A stretch of DNA of 64,000 bases from the human T2T-CHM13v2.0 reference genome, Homo sapiens. The stretch lies in NCBI RefSeq assembly GCF_009914755.1, contig NC_060929.1; one strand, given 5' to 3'. The stretch's first letter is position 1; each line of letters begins with the position of its first letter. The notes under the pieces were generated by a model, which was not told where the DNA came from, ran no database searches, and saw only the letters and a list, made by a program, of their open reading frames with translations. The translations under genes were made by a program, and so were the position numbers. Positions 14,361 through 26,971 of the stretch are shown piece by piece.

Positions 14361-16699
14361 TGCTTCTTATTTTTTCCAGAAATTTCAGTGGCATATTTGA
14401 GTGTTTTTTATTTTGGATATAGTGAGTTTATAGAAAGGTGAGAACACATCTCTATTGTTTCTATGTAGAAGCAGAGTGATTCTGATATTTATGCCAACAA
14501 ATTTATCTAGGAAAGTTTCTAGTTTTCAATTGCCTGAAACAAAGAATGTAATTGGATCCAGATGGGGAACTGAAAGAGATACTTTGGAATTCTGTACATT
14601 GGAATTTTGTCTTTGCCATATATGAAATCGGTGGCCTTTTTAGAAAAGTAGCAGATTTTCAGTGGACTCAGTGGTTAGAAAGATCCCACTCTTACCCAAA
14701 AAACTGCCACCTGTGGTTGGCTATTTAAGCTGTACTTGCATATTCTTTCAGAAGGCCGTTCTTCCTGCTGATCTCCTAAGTAGCTTTATCTAAATCCATC
14801 TCCTTTGAGCTTTATCTGCCTTTTCTGAATGAAAATGTCCGTGTTATTTCATCTTCTTATTTTCTTTCCTTGTCTTCCTCTCCTGCCCATCCATTTCTGT
14901 CTAAGTGGGTCTCTCTGTTGGTTTCTGTATCACCCCCTTCTTCTTCCATAGCATCTTTAACTGGGTCTTTCTGATGTTTTTCTGGTTACCATATAAGAGA
15001 CTTTTTTTATTGCTGAATATCTTCTGAGTGTTAGGACTTCTGGGCATCTCTCTTTAATCTCCTTAATGGGCATGTCTTATTACTCACATGACTGTTGGTT
15101 ATCCTTTCACTAGTGTAAAGCATGGCATGGTTCTTGGAAGGCAGGCGTGATGAATTACAAGACTGTAATGTTCAGGGTTGTATTGTGTTGGAAAGGGTTG
15201 CAATTAAACTCTCATAAGCTGTAGTCCTTGTCCACCCAACCGAATAAAATAGTAATATGATCGTTGTTTTGAATAGATGCAGATTAGATATCCTTGTGAT
15301 CTGTGAAAATTTTTGATCTGTTTATATAATTTGTTTTTTTATTTAAAAAAAATCACGAACAGGTCAGGTCAGATTCTGCCTGTGGATAGTTAACAGTCTC
15401 TTTAGAAACCAGGAACATGACTAAAGCAAGCTGTTCTTCCTTTTTTAGGAAATGGAATTTTGTCTAAGTTTCCTCTCTCAGTCATGTTAGACATTTGTTG
15501 TTTTTTGCTTTTCAGATCTCCTTCCTGAACTTTTTTGGAAGCTATTGTATGGTAGATTTTTCTTGGCGTGTTGCTTTTCTATTGATTACGTTTATGTGTG
15601 CACATACACACGCATGCTCATATGCAGAAAAAGGGCAATTCAAAACTGCCAACCAGTGATTTTTTTTTCAGAACTCTATACTTTGTATTTATACCATTTC
15701 ATAATTTCCGATAACTGTGTGTGTGATACATTTTAAACCACTAGAAAAGCATAGTTGTTTGTTTATTGTAAAAAACTGAGATTAAATAACCATGTGACTA
15801 CTAGAAAACCCTACACCGATTTTGTTTTTGATCCTGATTGGCTTAACTCTTAGTGTCCTGTGAAATATCTTGCTAATATTTGTCAGAGGCAAATTGATGT
15901 TAAGGAGTCTGTGTAGGCTTTTATCTGTTCACTTTCTCCTCTATCATAGGGTAAGGATATCTTGGCGAGCAGGTTTGTTTTTGTTGGACAAGCACACAAA
16001 AGCCCAGATGCTTCTCCACGCAGGGCCGAGCTCTGGAAGCCCTCCAAAGTGGGCGACCCTTTCCACCTCCAGGTTTCCATTTCCCCGCCACTCCCACAGG
16101 CTGGGCAGAATGCGCTCTCTCTCTGGAGGCCCCACTTTGTATTGCTTTTTGTGTTTTCGGTAGGGAGTAGCACAAATCCTTCAAAGCCTCTGGGGTCTGG
16201 AGATGACCTGGCAGTCCCTACCATAGCTGCTGTTCCCCTGGGTGCAACACGGCTGCTGTAGCCCCTCCGCAAAGCCTCAGGATGATGAAATACCCGAGAG
16301 CCCCAGCCTGCTGCCCCACTTCCTTTGACATTAGTCCTCAGAGGATGCCTCGGTGACCTGAGGTGGCAGCTCCTCTCCTTGGGACCAAGGCACTTTGCAG
16401 GGCTTTGTGCCAACCAGAAGCTCTTAAGAGAAAGTGTGAGGAAAGAGCACTTGGAAACCCCTCAGAGAAGAGAAATAGCAAATGGAAATAGCATAGCAAG
16501 GGGGAGGGAGTAGTCCTATTTATTTGGCAATGTTTGTAAATATTTAAGATTCTTACAGCTGACTATGGTCTAGCACAGGGTGAGGCCAGAGCTAAGAATA
16601 ATTATCATGAACTTTTGTACTAATAATGGAATTTTGGATACAGGATAAAAATTAACTCAAGCCATGATGTTCAGCTGGTAGAAATTCAGAGTAGAAGAC

Positions 16700-16825
16700 T
16701 GCTGGGTGTGGTGGCACATCCTTGTAGCCCCAGCTACCAGGGAGGCTGAAGTGGGAGGATTGCTTGCGCAGAGGAGTTTAAGACCAGCCTGGGCAACATA
16801 GTGAGACCCTGTCTCTAAAAATAAT
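16700..16825 (+). mobile_element. FLAM (free left Alu monomer)
   Basis: Single ~125-bp Alu monomer. Confidence 0.85.
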
Positions 16826-17151
16826 TTTTGAAAAGCAAACGGCAACGAAGTACCACACTCCTACATCTAGTACATTTTAAAGAAAGAAAAAATTCTTTCC
16901 TGTGCCCTGAACTTCTTTAACTTTAAAAACAGAACAAACCAGCTCTGATACCCATACCTAAATACATCAGGAAGCATCTTCCCTAATGTCAAATGCGTTG
17001 TTGTTGGAAGGAAGCACTCATGCTATTTGAACTCAACCACATGAAGTGAACATAACAAATGACACTGTTATGGACCCAGGTCCTTTGTATTGTGCTTTCT
17101 TAGAGCCAGGACAAGGAAGTCTGACAATGCCCCGACTTATTCCTTTTTCAG

Positions 17152-17299
17152 GGGCAGATGATGATCTATGCGAAGTTTGACAAAAATGTGTATCTTCCTG
17201 AAGATGCTGAGTTTTACTTTACTTATGACGGATCTCATCAGCGACATGTCATGATTGCAGAGCGCATCGAGGATAACGTTCTCCAGTCCAGCGTCCCAG
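17152..17299 (+). CDS. ARHGEF28: ARHGEF28 coding exon (exon 3, 148 nt): GQMMIYAKFDKNVYLPEDAEFYFTYDGSHQRHVMIAERIEDNVLQSSVP
   Basis: Acceptor ttttcag|GGG and donor CCAG|gtgagg. Peptide matches the recalled N-terminus of Rho GEF 28. Phase 0 to phase 1. Confidence 0.96.
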
Positions 17300-18429
17300 G
17301 TGAGGTGTCCTCTTTGTTGTGCAGCTGGGAAATTAGTCTGCAAATAACTTCCCTCCAGGGCTGTAGGCCAGGAAGAGAGCCAGGAAGAAAAAGAAAACAG
17401 TGCTGCAAGGTCAGGAGTGTGTGCGTGCCTGTGTGTGTATGTGTATATTAGGAAGAACACTCACATCTGAGATTCTTCCAGTTGTATCTGCTGCTTAATT
17501 AGGAGTCTTAACTTAGACCAGGCAGACCCATCCTATTGACTGCACCCAACTTTTATGGTTGGGTGTGCTTTGCATGCAGTCAACTGGAGGAAACACTGTC
17601 TATTGAGTATCACCTCCTAATCACCTCCTATAACCTCAGACTCATTGCCAGGGTTGGCTCAGGCAGAACTGACATTGACAAAGTTTGTCTTCTCTCTTCC
17701 TCATTCTTCTGTAAGCAGCCTGGCAGCCATGGGTCTGCCTCTCCTCTGCTTGCTCCCTTTGGTCACTGGGGTTCTTTCCTTGATGCCCTGTCCATCCAGA
17801 ATCTTCCTTGGGGGATCTCCAGCTCCAGAACTTTCTCTCCCCATCATCAAAATGCTTACATTTGGAAACCTGTAATTTCCCCTGTTGTCTTCTTGATAGA
17901 TGACAAATTAATATATCCTGTTCACATATTGTGACGAGCTAATAGCCCTTCTCAATATAGTTGTTTTATATTTTTATTGGTATGTGGGTTGTGCATTTAA
18001 GAGTCATCAGGCTTTAACCTAATGGTGGAATTAAAATGTCATTACCTACAGGACAGGGAGGGCATTTTAGAATTCTTTTTTATTGATTGGTTGGTTTTTC
18101 TTAACTGTGGGTCTTTCAGGCCCTTTTAATTTGTATCATAAAGAGACTCTTTAATTTTTATTAGAGTTAAGATTGAGATCATTTTTAAAGGAGCTTGTCC
18201 CTACATGCTTCTGTAACATATCTGCTACACGTGGAAAGAAGGTAGCCAGTGAACATGCAAACAACACAGACACAGTGAGAATTGTAGAGAAGTGCAGATA
18301 CCTCGTAGCTCTACCTGGTCTTGGTCACTGAATTAATCTGTTGTCCAATTTCTGAGACCATCGGCAATTTTAAGCACTTCTGTCTTTAGTCCAGTAATCT
18401 GCATCGTTAAAAGAAAGAAAAGACAGTCA

Positions 18430-18774
<345 letters not shown>

Positions 18775-20223
18775 TCAGCTGTTGGTTGCTTTCCCTCTGC
18801 CCTTTTGCTCTGGCTAATGTTTTCCCTACCTTTCGTTTTGCTCCCTTTTCTTGGTTTTCTCCTTTATCAAGCCCTTATAGAGAAAGGATAAAAAATAATA
18901 ACTAAAGTGCCACTCCTATTTTCAAAACTTTTTATCTTTTTCTTTACTTGCATGTGGTGGCGACTCTCCTCCTCCTTCCTTAGGAGGAAGGTAATATAAT
19001 CTTTTGTTTATATTGTGGTCTACTTAAAAGTGAGGTTTCTTATCTTCATTTTAACAGAATCTAGAGGCAGGTGACAGTTTCTATTTCTGAACCTTGAATT
19101 TCCCTGGTGACAGCTTTTACCAGGACAACCTTTCAAAATCTGTAAGACAGATTTATTTAATATTTCCTGGGTATGTGTAGTCTGGTGGGAGGTGGGTGCA
19201 TTCTGTGCCCGTACCATGAGACCACTTTTAAGAGTCGATGACAAAGTGACACTAGTTCTCTTTCAGTAAACTTGGGATAGTCTTGTTCCTTGGAGCCCTA
19301 GCTGCAAAGCCTCTGGGAAAAGTCTTTGGTGAATAAGGCAGAGGAGGAATGATTGTACCTGTTAGCCATTTGACTGGGGGCAACAGGGTGCTATGAACCA
19401 GTGGTAGCTGAATAACTCTTCTCTGTCCAGTCATGATTATCATGATCATAGTGATTTGCTGCCACCAATTCCTGAAAAATCTGCCAAGGGCGGCATAAAA
19501 ATGTACCTGGGTAAGAGCTTCCCAGCTCTGGCAAAATAAGAGAGTGGGGCAAAGAAGAGGAAGAGTGAAGGGAGGGACAAACAGCAGGATTTGGTGACAC
19601 TCTCAGGAGAAATATTGAGAACACCTACAAGACAGAGACACTATTGTCAGAAGAGGGGGCAGTGAGCAACAACACACACACACACATAGATATGTATATA
19701 TATATTTTCCCTTTTGTTTTCTCTTGGGTAGTCTTCACCCACCTTAACTCACATTCAAAGGAGCTCTATGGAATTAGGGCAAACTTGTGTAATTGTATGG
19801 TGCTATCTTATAAACTTATTGCTTAAATATGTAAAAATATGTGACTCAGGAGGAAATGGCAGAGTGGAAAAGAGCAAAGGACTTGAAGACAACAAACACA
19901 AATTCAGGGGTCAGGGTAGGAGTAAAAGGTTAAAGGAATGCTGAATAGCAGTGTTTGGTAACGATAGGAGAACAGATGCTCAAGTGTTCAGAGCTCGTAA
20001 AGGTAAGTTTTAAAATCAGGAGTAACTGAAAGAAGATGGAGTCAGCATTAGTTTGGCCCACATGCTTGGCAGTGTGTAAGGGTAATGGGCTGGCTTTCCT
20101 TTCTGCTTTGTTCTCCTGGAGCGTGTTGTCTGCTTAAGCTATGTGGTGGGGCTAGCACATTGGACCCCTGTGAGAGCATCTCCTACAGACTTGGGGTGAA
20201 CTGTTCACTGTCTTGTTGTCCAG

Positions 20224-20517
20224 GCCATGGGCTTCAGGAGACGGTGACGGTATCTGTGTGCCTCTGCTCGGAAGGTTACTCTCCGGTGACCATGGGCTCT
20301 GGCTCAGTGACCTACGTGGACAACATGGCTTGCAGGCTGGCTCGTCTGCTGGTGACGCAGGCCAATCGCCTCACAGCCTGCAGCCACCAGACCCTGCTGA
20401 CCCCATTTGCCTTGACGGCAGGAGCACTGCCTGCCTTGGATGAGGAGCTCGTGCTGGCTCTGACCCATCTGGAATTGCCTCTAGAGTGGACTGTGTTGGG
20501 AAGTTCTTCACTTGAAG
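20224..20517 (+). CDS. ARHGEF28: ARHGEF28 exon 4 (294 nt): (G)HGLQETVTVSVCLCSEGYSPVTMGSG...EWTVLGSSSLE
   Basis: Acceptor gttgtccag|GC and donor GAAG|gtgggt. Joins exon 3 in frame (G+GC=Gly). Lies within ORF 20085..20630. Confidence 0.96.
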
Positions 20518-21158
20518 GTGGGTCATCACCAGAAAATTCAGATATCCCCTCTGTGTGTCAAGTTCAGAATGTACCTTATGCTATACTGTGTGTTCCCCTC
20601 GGCAGGTTTTCCTGCCCACTTTTTACCTGAACCTTGCTCTGATGTGGAGGGGCTCCCTGAGGTCCTGAGCCACTCATCTCTGGGCTGGTTTATGTGACTC
20701 CGTGCCAGGAGGTGTGGGATAAATGGAAGAGCCTTGTCTCAAGTGGGGAAAGACTGTTTCTTTATGGTATGCTCTTGAGTCAGCTGCTCTGGGCTGTGGC
20801 TCCACTTCCCTTGGCAAGTTTTCTTGCTGTGGGAAGGGGACATTGCTGCCCCATTTCCAAATAGGTAGGCTCACTGGACAAGAAAGATCATGTCACCAAC
20901 TCTGTGAAACACCTGGAAGACATGTGACCACATGGGAAACATAACCAATGAATTGACATCTTTGAAAGTGTCAGTGTCACTGAGAGCATTTGTGTTACAT
21001 TTGTACTAGTTTTTGGAGTTCTAAAGACCAAATGGACTCTGAATACCAAGTATTTGGAATCTGCGTGTGAACAAGGCTATAGATGTTATATATAGGCCCT
21101 TACTAGACATGAGGCTAAACTGATCAATAGATGCTTTTTAAAAATGAAAAAATAAAAT

Positions 21159-21283
21159 CTTTTTTTGAGAGATGGGGTCTCACTGTGTTGCTCAGGCTGA
21201 ACTTGAACTTCTGACTTCAGTGATCCTTCTGCCTCAGTCTCCCAAAGTGCTGGGATTACAGGCATGAGCCCACGTGTCCAGCC
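21159..21283 (-). mobile_element. FLAM_C-like monomer
   Basis: Antisense monomer with TSD aatag(a/c)tgcttttta. Confidence 0.85.
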
Positions 21284-22024
21284 AATAGCTGCTTTTTATT
21301 GGTGATTACAAGTTATATATAATTTTATTGGAAATACACAAATGTTGTTTTGTAATTTATTAAATACAACATATATTATTGCTTTTTTTTGCTATCCTTC
21401 CTGTGACCTTAGCTTTGTAGTCAGATGATGCTATTTTTGAGAGTTTCTGCTTCCTGGTAAATTCTAGTTGTAAGTTTCAGGTTGGCTTAAATTCGATCAT
21501 GGATGAGATTAAATGCACTGCTCTGGGTAAAGGGGTGTGAATTTTGTAAACAGAATTATAAAGCCATAAGTCACAATCCAAAAGGATCTCTGTTTCTTTC
21601 CTTTAATCAGGGTCACACTAAAACTCTTCTGGGCACTTAAAGACGTCTCTTGTTTTTAAGACCTTGGATGAGGGAAGTCACAAGTCTAGTCCAGCACCGA
21701 GCCATGCCTGAATCCTGTGTGCTGTACTCTCCTGTGTGGTGGCTAATTGATACGTATGGCGTGGGCTCCCTGAGGGTGTGGGTGGTGTTTGTTCTGCTTG
21801 CTATTATCCCCAAGGATTCAGCAAGGAGATATGAAATATAAGGGGGAGTTGCAGTGATGATACTTGAAAGGTCTTGGGATACACCATTCATTCATTCATT
21901 CAACAAATACTTTTTAAAAATGAAGCATTAATAAAATATTTTTAATAAAGTATTTAATAAAGTAAATGTGCTGCACATTTTAAATTTCTACAATGAGTCA
22001 TAGTAGTACCTGCTTCTTTAGCTG

Positions 22025-22330
22025 ATGAGACAGGGTCATCTTGCTCTGTTGCCCAGGCTGGAGCGCAGTGGCACAATCATAGCTCACTGCAACCTCAAAT
22101 TCTTGGGCTCATGTGATCCTACTGCCTCAGATTCCCGGGTATCTAAGATTATAGGTGTATGTCACATGCCTGGCTAATTAAAATTTTTATTTTTATTTTT
22201 ATTTTATTTATTTATTTATTTTTTTAGAGACAGAGTCTTGCTGTATTTCTCAGGCTTGTCTCAAACACCTGGCCTCAGGCGAGCCTCCCACCTCAGCCTC
22301 CCCAGTAGCTGGGATTATAGGCACCTGGCT
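22025..22330 (-). mobile_element. Alu (AluJo-like) inserted in an L2 3' end
   Basis: atcatagctcactgc diagnostic; TSD caacaaata(c/t)tt(t/c)ttaaa at 21901 and 22331. Confidence 0.88.
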
Positions 22331-23314
22331 CAACAAATATTTCTTAAACTCTTGCTATGTGCTAAGCCCTTATATACAAGGGAATTGCAATAGTAATACT
22401 TGATCGTCTGGAGATACACCCTTTCTATCTCACATATGTAAGTGATAGATGACATGTATGATCTACATTAATATAGATATAGTATATATAAATTTATATA
22501 TCTATGATACATATTGTCTATATCTAAATATTATATACATATAATGTTTTCTGGCTAAGAAACTTCATCTTAAGCCTCTTGGATTTTTAAAAAGATTTCT
22601 AATTATAATATTGGAAGGTGTTTTTTTGGGGGGGGTGTGGATCCATTTTGACAAAGACACAAAGGTTTCATGATTTCCCATGAGTAAAGGAAGAGCATCA
22701 CAGCCTCACGCAGGGGCAGATGCAGGTTAGTCCCACAGCCCCTCCCCAGGCCAGCAAGTCTCTCAGCACAGCAGCTTGGTGCCTGCAGCGGTTTAATTTG
22801 TGCCTCTGAAAAATTACAAATTGTTGAAGGTCATGGAACCTCATAACTGCACATGAATAGCTTAAACTAAGGGTCTCCAAAATGGAATTCATGTTACCCA
22901 CATACTATATTTATTTTTTATGCCGATATTTAGAAATACATTCGTACTCTCTAGTATTTAATCCGTGGATTGCAATAATAGAAGCATACAGTTTTCCATG
23001 CTGGGCATGCCTGCTCAAAGTTATTTTTGCTGGTAGAGATACATAAAAAAATAAGTTTGGAGAACGCTTGACAACTCATGTTGTCGAGGGCCATCCTATT
23101 GCCATTTTCATTGCTATTTGGGGATACATTCTTGTTTGCCAGGCTTTTAGCTGTCATGGCCTTTGATTTATCCATATTTTTGTAACAGACAGATTTATGT
23201 CACCAGGAGGTCCTTTCTGACCCCTCTGCCAGTATTTATACATACTATATGTATTTTCATGAGAGAAAAACTGGAGTGGTTTCTTTTCATAGTAAAACAC
23301 TTTTCTATTCTAGT

Positions 23315-23545
23315 GTCCTAGTTGTTAAGAATGTGTGCTGTGGAGGCAGGTTCAGATCCTGACCTTATTACCTCCTGGCTGTGAGACTTGGGCAAGGTAT
23401 TTTAGTTCTGGTGCTGCACATTTTTAATTTCTACAATGAGGCATAGTAGTACCTGCTTCATTAGCTGGTTGTGATGATTTAATTAGATAATGTATGGCAA
23501 GACCTCTAGAAGAGTATCTAAACATATTAAGTTTTCAGTAAAAGG
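23315..23545 (+). mobile_element. MIR SINE (near full length)
   Basis: tagttgttaaga...ggctgtgagacttgggcaag...tagtagtacctgcttca. Confidence 0.8.
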
Positions 23546-25859
23546 TGATGTTGGTATGTGCATGTGAATAAATTTTCATATATAGAGTGTATTGTATGTA
23601 CTTATATGTGCATAGGTAGAAAGCAGATACAATTGGTTTGGACAAATGAAGCTGAAGGCAAAGTATAAAATCCTGGCATTGTAAGCAATTCTTTGAAAAT
23701 TTCTAGGAATGTTTCTAGACTTTCTCTAAAGGCAGTTTGTAGTACTTGAGGTAAAACTGTCTGCAGCCTAGACTTGTAGTGTAGCTTCTCTACAACATCA
23801 ATGTCAAACGACAGGGTTAATGCTCATGTTTGAAGTCGAATTTTACTCTGAAGGTTATGACCATCTTATGAGATTTGATTCAGCCCACCATGTGTTTAAA
23901 TCTCTGTATCTGCCTGTTCACACCTCAGTTCTGTTATGTATGTACGTAGGGGCTCATATATGGATATTGGCTAAGTTTAGATTGGTAGGTCTTAACAGAT
24001 GTATTTATCAGTACATTTCTGTCAAAATTATTCCACGTTAAAAAAAACAAATTGGGCATTTAGATGAATAGATTGAAATATAAATTCTTCTGTGTCAGTT
24101 TTAATTTTGTACTTTAGAAATTGTATTAGATACAAGGTAGAAGGAAAACGTGGAGTTTTTATTGTATTTACTGAATCAAGTAGTTGGACATAAGTTAATC
24201 ATTTTATAGTTGGGAATAAACAAGAGTGTTTGGTGAAGGACTAACATTAATGCCCTAGATTAACTGGATTATATTAGATTTTTACAATGCACATGTATAC
24301 TCTATGGATGTATTTTGACTCATTGCCTATTCATAACCATTTGGTGGGGTTCCACTAATCTTGAGCTGTTTTGGATTTGTTTTTTGTTGTATTTTTAATT
24401 TAATAGAGTTTTAATCTAAGCAGTTTAAAACCTCTTATGTGCTTATACGTCTTTTTTAGTATACATATTTTATTTGTGTTGCTTGTCTTCAGGTAGATAA
24501 ATTATAATAATGATGTGAAAAATAAACTGTGCCATCGGACCCACTGGACATTATAATGTATTAGTGGCAGTGGCATCACAGGTGGAAAACAATTTCTTTC
24601 CTAGTAATTATTTCTTCCAGTACTTGTCCAAAAATTATTTTAATGCTCAGTGTTCACTTTTATTAAAATTTTTTTGTGATTATTTATTTATGATTTCTTC
24701 AAATATAAATAGATCTTACCGAAGGAGTATTCATTGATTTCTGTAATGACTTTGTCTTGGAAGAGTGATCAAAACCCTGCTGTGACACATTACTGTATTC
24801 TTTGCATTTTATAATGAACTTCTCATTTTTTTCCCTTGTCAATCATTGAGAGTTATTAGGAAGGACTGGGAATCTGGAAAAAGGCCAGAGTCTGAGTAGA
24901 GCATGGATCTTGTAACAAAAAGCAGAGCCTTCTTTCAGCCCTGTATCTTACCCGTCATTAGTCACAATGCAACTTCATTATGTGTTTGAGGAAAGGAAAT
25001 ATCCCAGATTTTATTTAATTTTAGACCATAAATAAAATTGGATTTCTAGTTCATAAAATTAAGACCATTCCTTTTATGAAATAGCATTCATAATAGTGCC
25101 TTGTGCAGGGTCTCAGAAGCCCAAATTTGGAGTAAAGCATTGAATAGTAATATAATTATTCAACAGAATCTCACAATTTATTTTTATTTTTTTGTTTTGG
25201 GTTTCTTGCTTGTTTGTTTTTTGAGCAGAAATCTTTTCTCAGAGATTTGTATAATTTTGACAATTAGGTTAACTGGGATAACACATTCTAATGTTTTATG
25301 TGTTGATGCTCGGATGACTTTGGAGTTGAAAGCCCCCTCGACCTTCCTGCTCCATCAAACTACCTCCCTCCACTTGTGTTCCCAGTAGCTTGACATGGCT
25401 GGCAAGCACCAAGCTTGCCAACACCAGTGAGGGGCTGCCATGTGGGTAAAGAACCCAAGGGTACTACAAATGGTATCTCCAAAGACAGATGGCATCGTTC
25501 CTGTGAACACAGTAGCTTCTCTCCTAACCTATGGAGTAGGTCGAGCTTGTCCTGGTTAGGTTTTCTAATTTAAGAGAAAAATAAAGCCCAGTTCCTTAAA
25601 AAAACAAAGAGGTCATATAAAGAATATTTCTCACATGTGTTTACACTTACAAACTAATATATAACAATTTGGAAGACTCAAGATATTTTTTGCCAGAGTA
25701 AATTACTATTGTTTTCAAAAACGAACTTGGACTCTTCCAGTTGTCTAGGTAAAAGTAGTTCATGTGATCAAAGGTCTCCTAACAGGCAGAAGTTCTTCTG
25801 CTCATTATGGAACAGGTGCATTCTTTGTTATATCCATCATAAAAACATAACCAAACCTG

Positions 25860-26130
25860 TTTATTTTTTATTTTTATTTTTTTTTGAGACGAAGTCTCAC
25901 TCTGTTGCCCAGGCTGGAGTGCAGTGGGATGATATTGGTTCACTGTGACCTCTGCCTCCCGGATTCAAATGATTCTCCTGCCTCAGCCTCCTGAGTAGCT
26001 GGGATTACAGGTGTGTGCTACCACGCCTGGCTTATTTTTGTATTTTTAGAGATGGGGTTTCACTATGTTGGCCAGTCTGGTCTCGAACTCCTGACCTCAA
26101 GTGATTCACCCACCTCGGCCTCGCAAAGTG
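25860..26130 (-). mobile_element. 5'-truncated AluSx-like element
   Basis: Ends at caaagtg; TSD ccaaacctg(t/g)tt at 25851 and 26131. Confidence 0.9.
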
Positions 26131-26907
26131 CCAAACCTGGTTTTGTAAAGGTACTAGCATGAATTGAATCTGCAGGGCAAAAATATTAAAGTGTTTAACA
26201 AAACAAAGTATTACCTGGCAGATTGCTTCGTCAGGTTTAAAGAGTTAAGCTTTTCTCCTGCCTTTGTGATTGGTTCTATGAGTGAAAGAAAATTTTAAGG
26301 TAACCCAATTGAACTTTTGGAACTCTTCTATAGGAATGTTTTGGACTTCAACACAGCTGATGTATTTAGAGGATCCAGCTTCTCATTCTGTGGGTCCATG
26401 GTTGGTTGGAGAGCTGTCCCCAAAGAAAACCAATTGGTGGAACTGGCAGGACCCACTGAGGGTGGCTTAGAGAATTGAATATTTTCCAAAAGTCAGATTA
26501 AGAGTACACTCCTTAACTTGCAAATAACACCAATAGAGTTATAACAACCACAACAGATTTAAACTTGAATCCAGAAATTAGAGAAATGATTTGTTAGTTT
26601 CAAGGACAAATCCAAGTACAAGTCACAGCATAATGAGTAGTAAGTTAAAGGAAATATAGAAAACCTTGTCATGGCCCACACATGTAATGTATAGGTAAAG
26701 TAATGTGATGCTCTTACTATGGAGAAGGGTCGTTAGTATAACGCTCTGCTCTTGCCTGAATAGGGTCTTCATAAATTAGTTCCTTTTGAAGGAGAATGTT
26801 TGTTTTTCTATGCTTTACACATAATGGAAAGAAAAGGAAAAGAAATACAGAGGCCCGAAAGGACTTTAGAAGACGTTTATAAGAGTTAGGGTTATCTAGC
26901 AGTTCTT

Positions 26908-26971
26908 TTTTTCCCCTAAATTTATTATTATTTTTAATTCAATAGCTTTTTGGGGAACAGTAGATGTTTGG
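26908..26971 (-). mobile_element. Very short L1PB 3' stub with TSD
   Basis: caatagctttttggggaacag; TSD tc(t/c)agcagttctt at 26895-26907 and 26972-26984. Confidence 0.65.

Noticed and set aside
14703-14717. CTCF-like ctgccacctgtgg
   Set aside because: Only 9/12 match to the core.
15883-16413. 176-aa minus-strand ORF in a modestly GC-rich patch
   Set aside because: No recognisable protein; several overlapping frames are open by chance; not a CpG island.
20085-20630. 181-aa ORF as a stand-alone gene
   Set aside because: It is exon 4 plus open intronic flanks.
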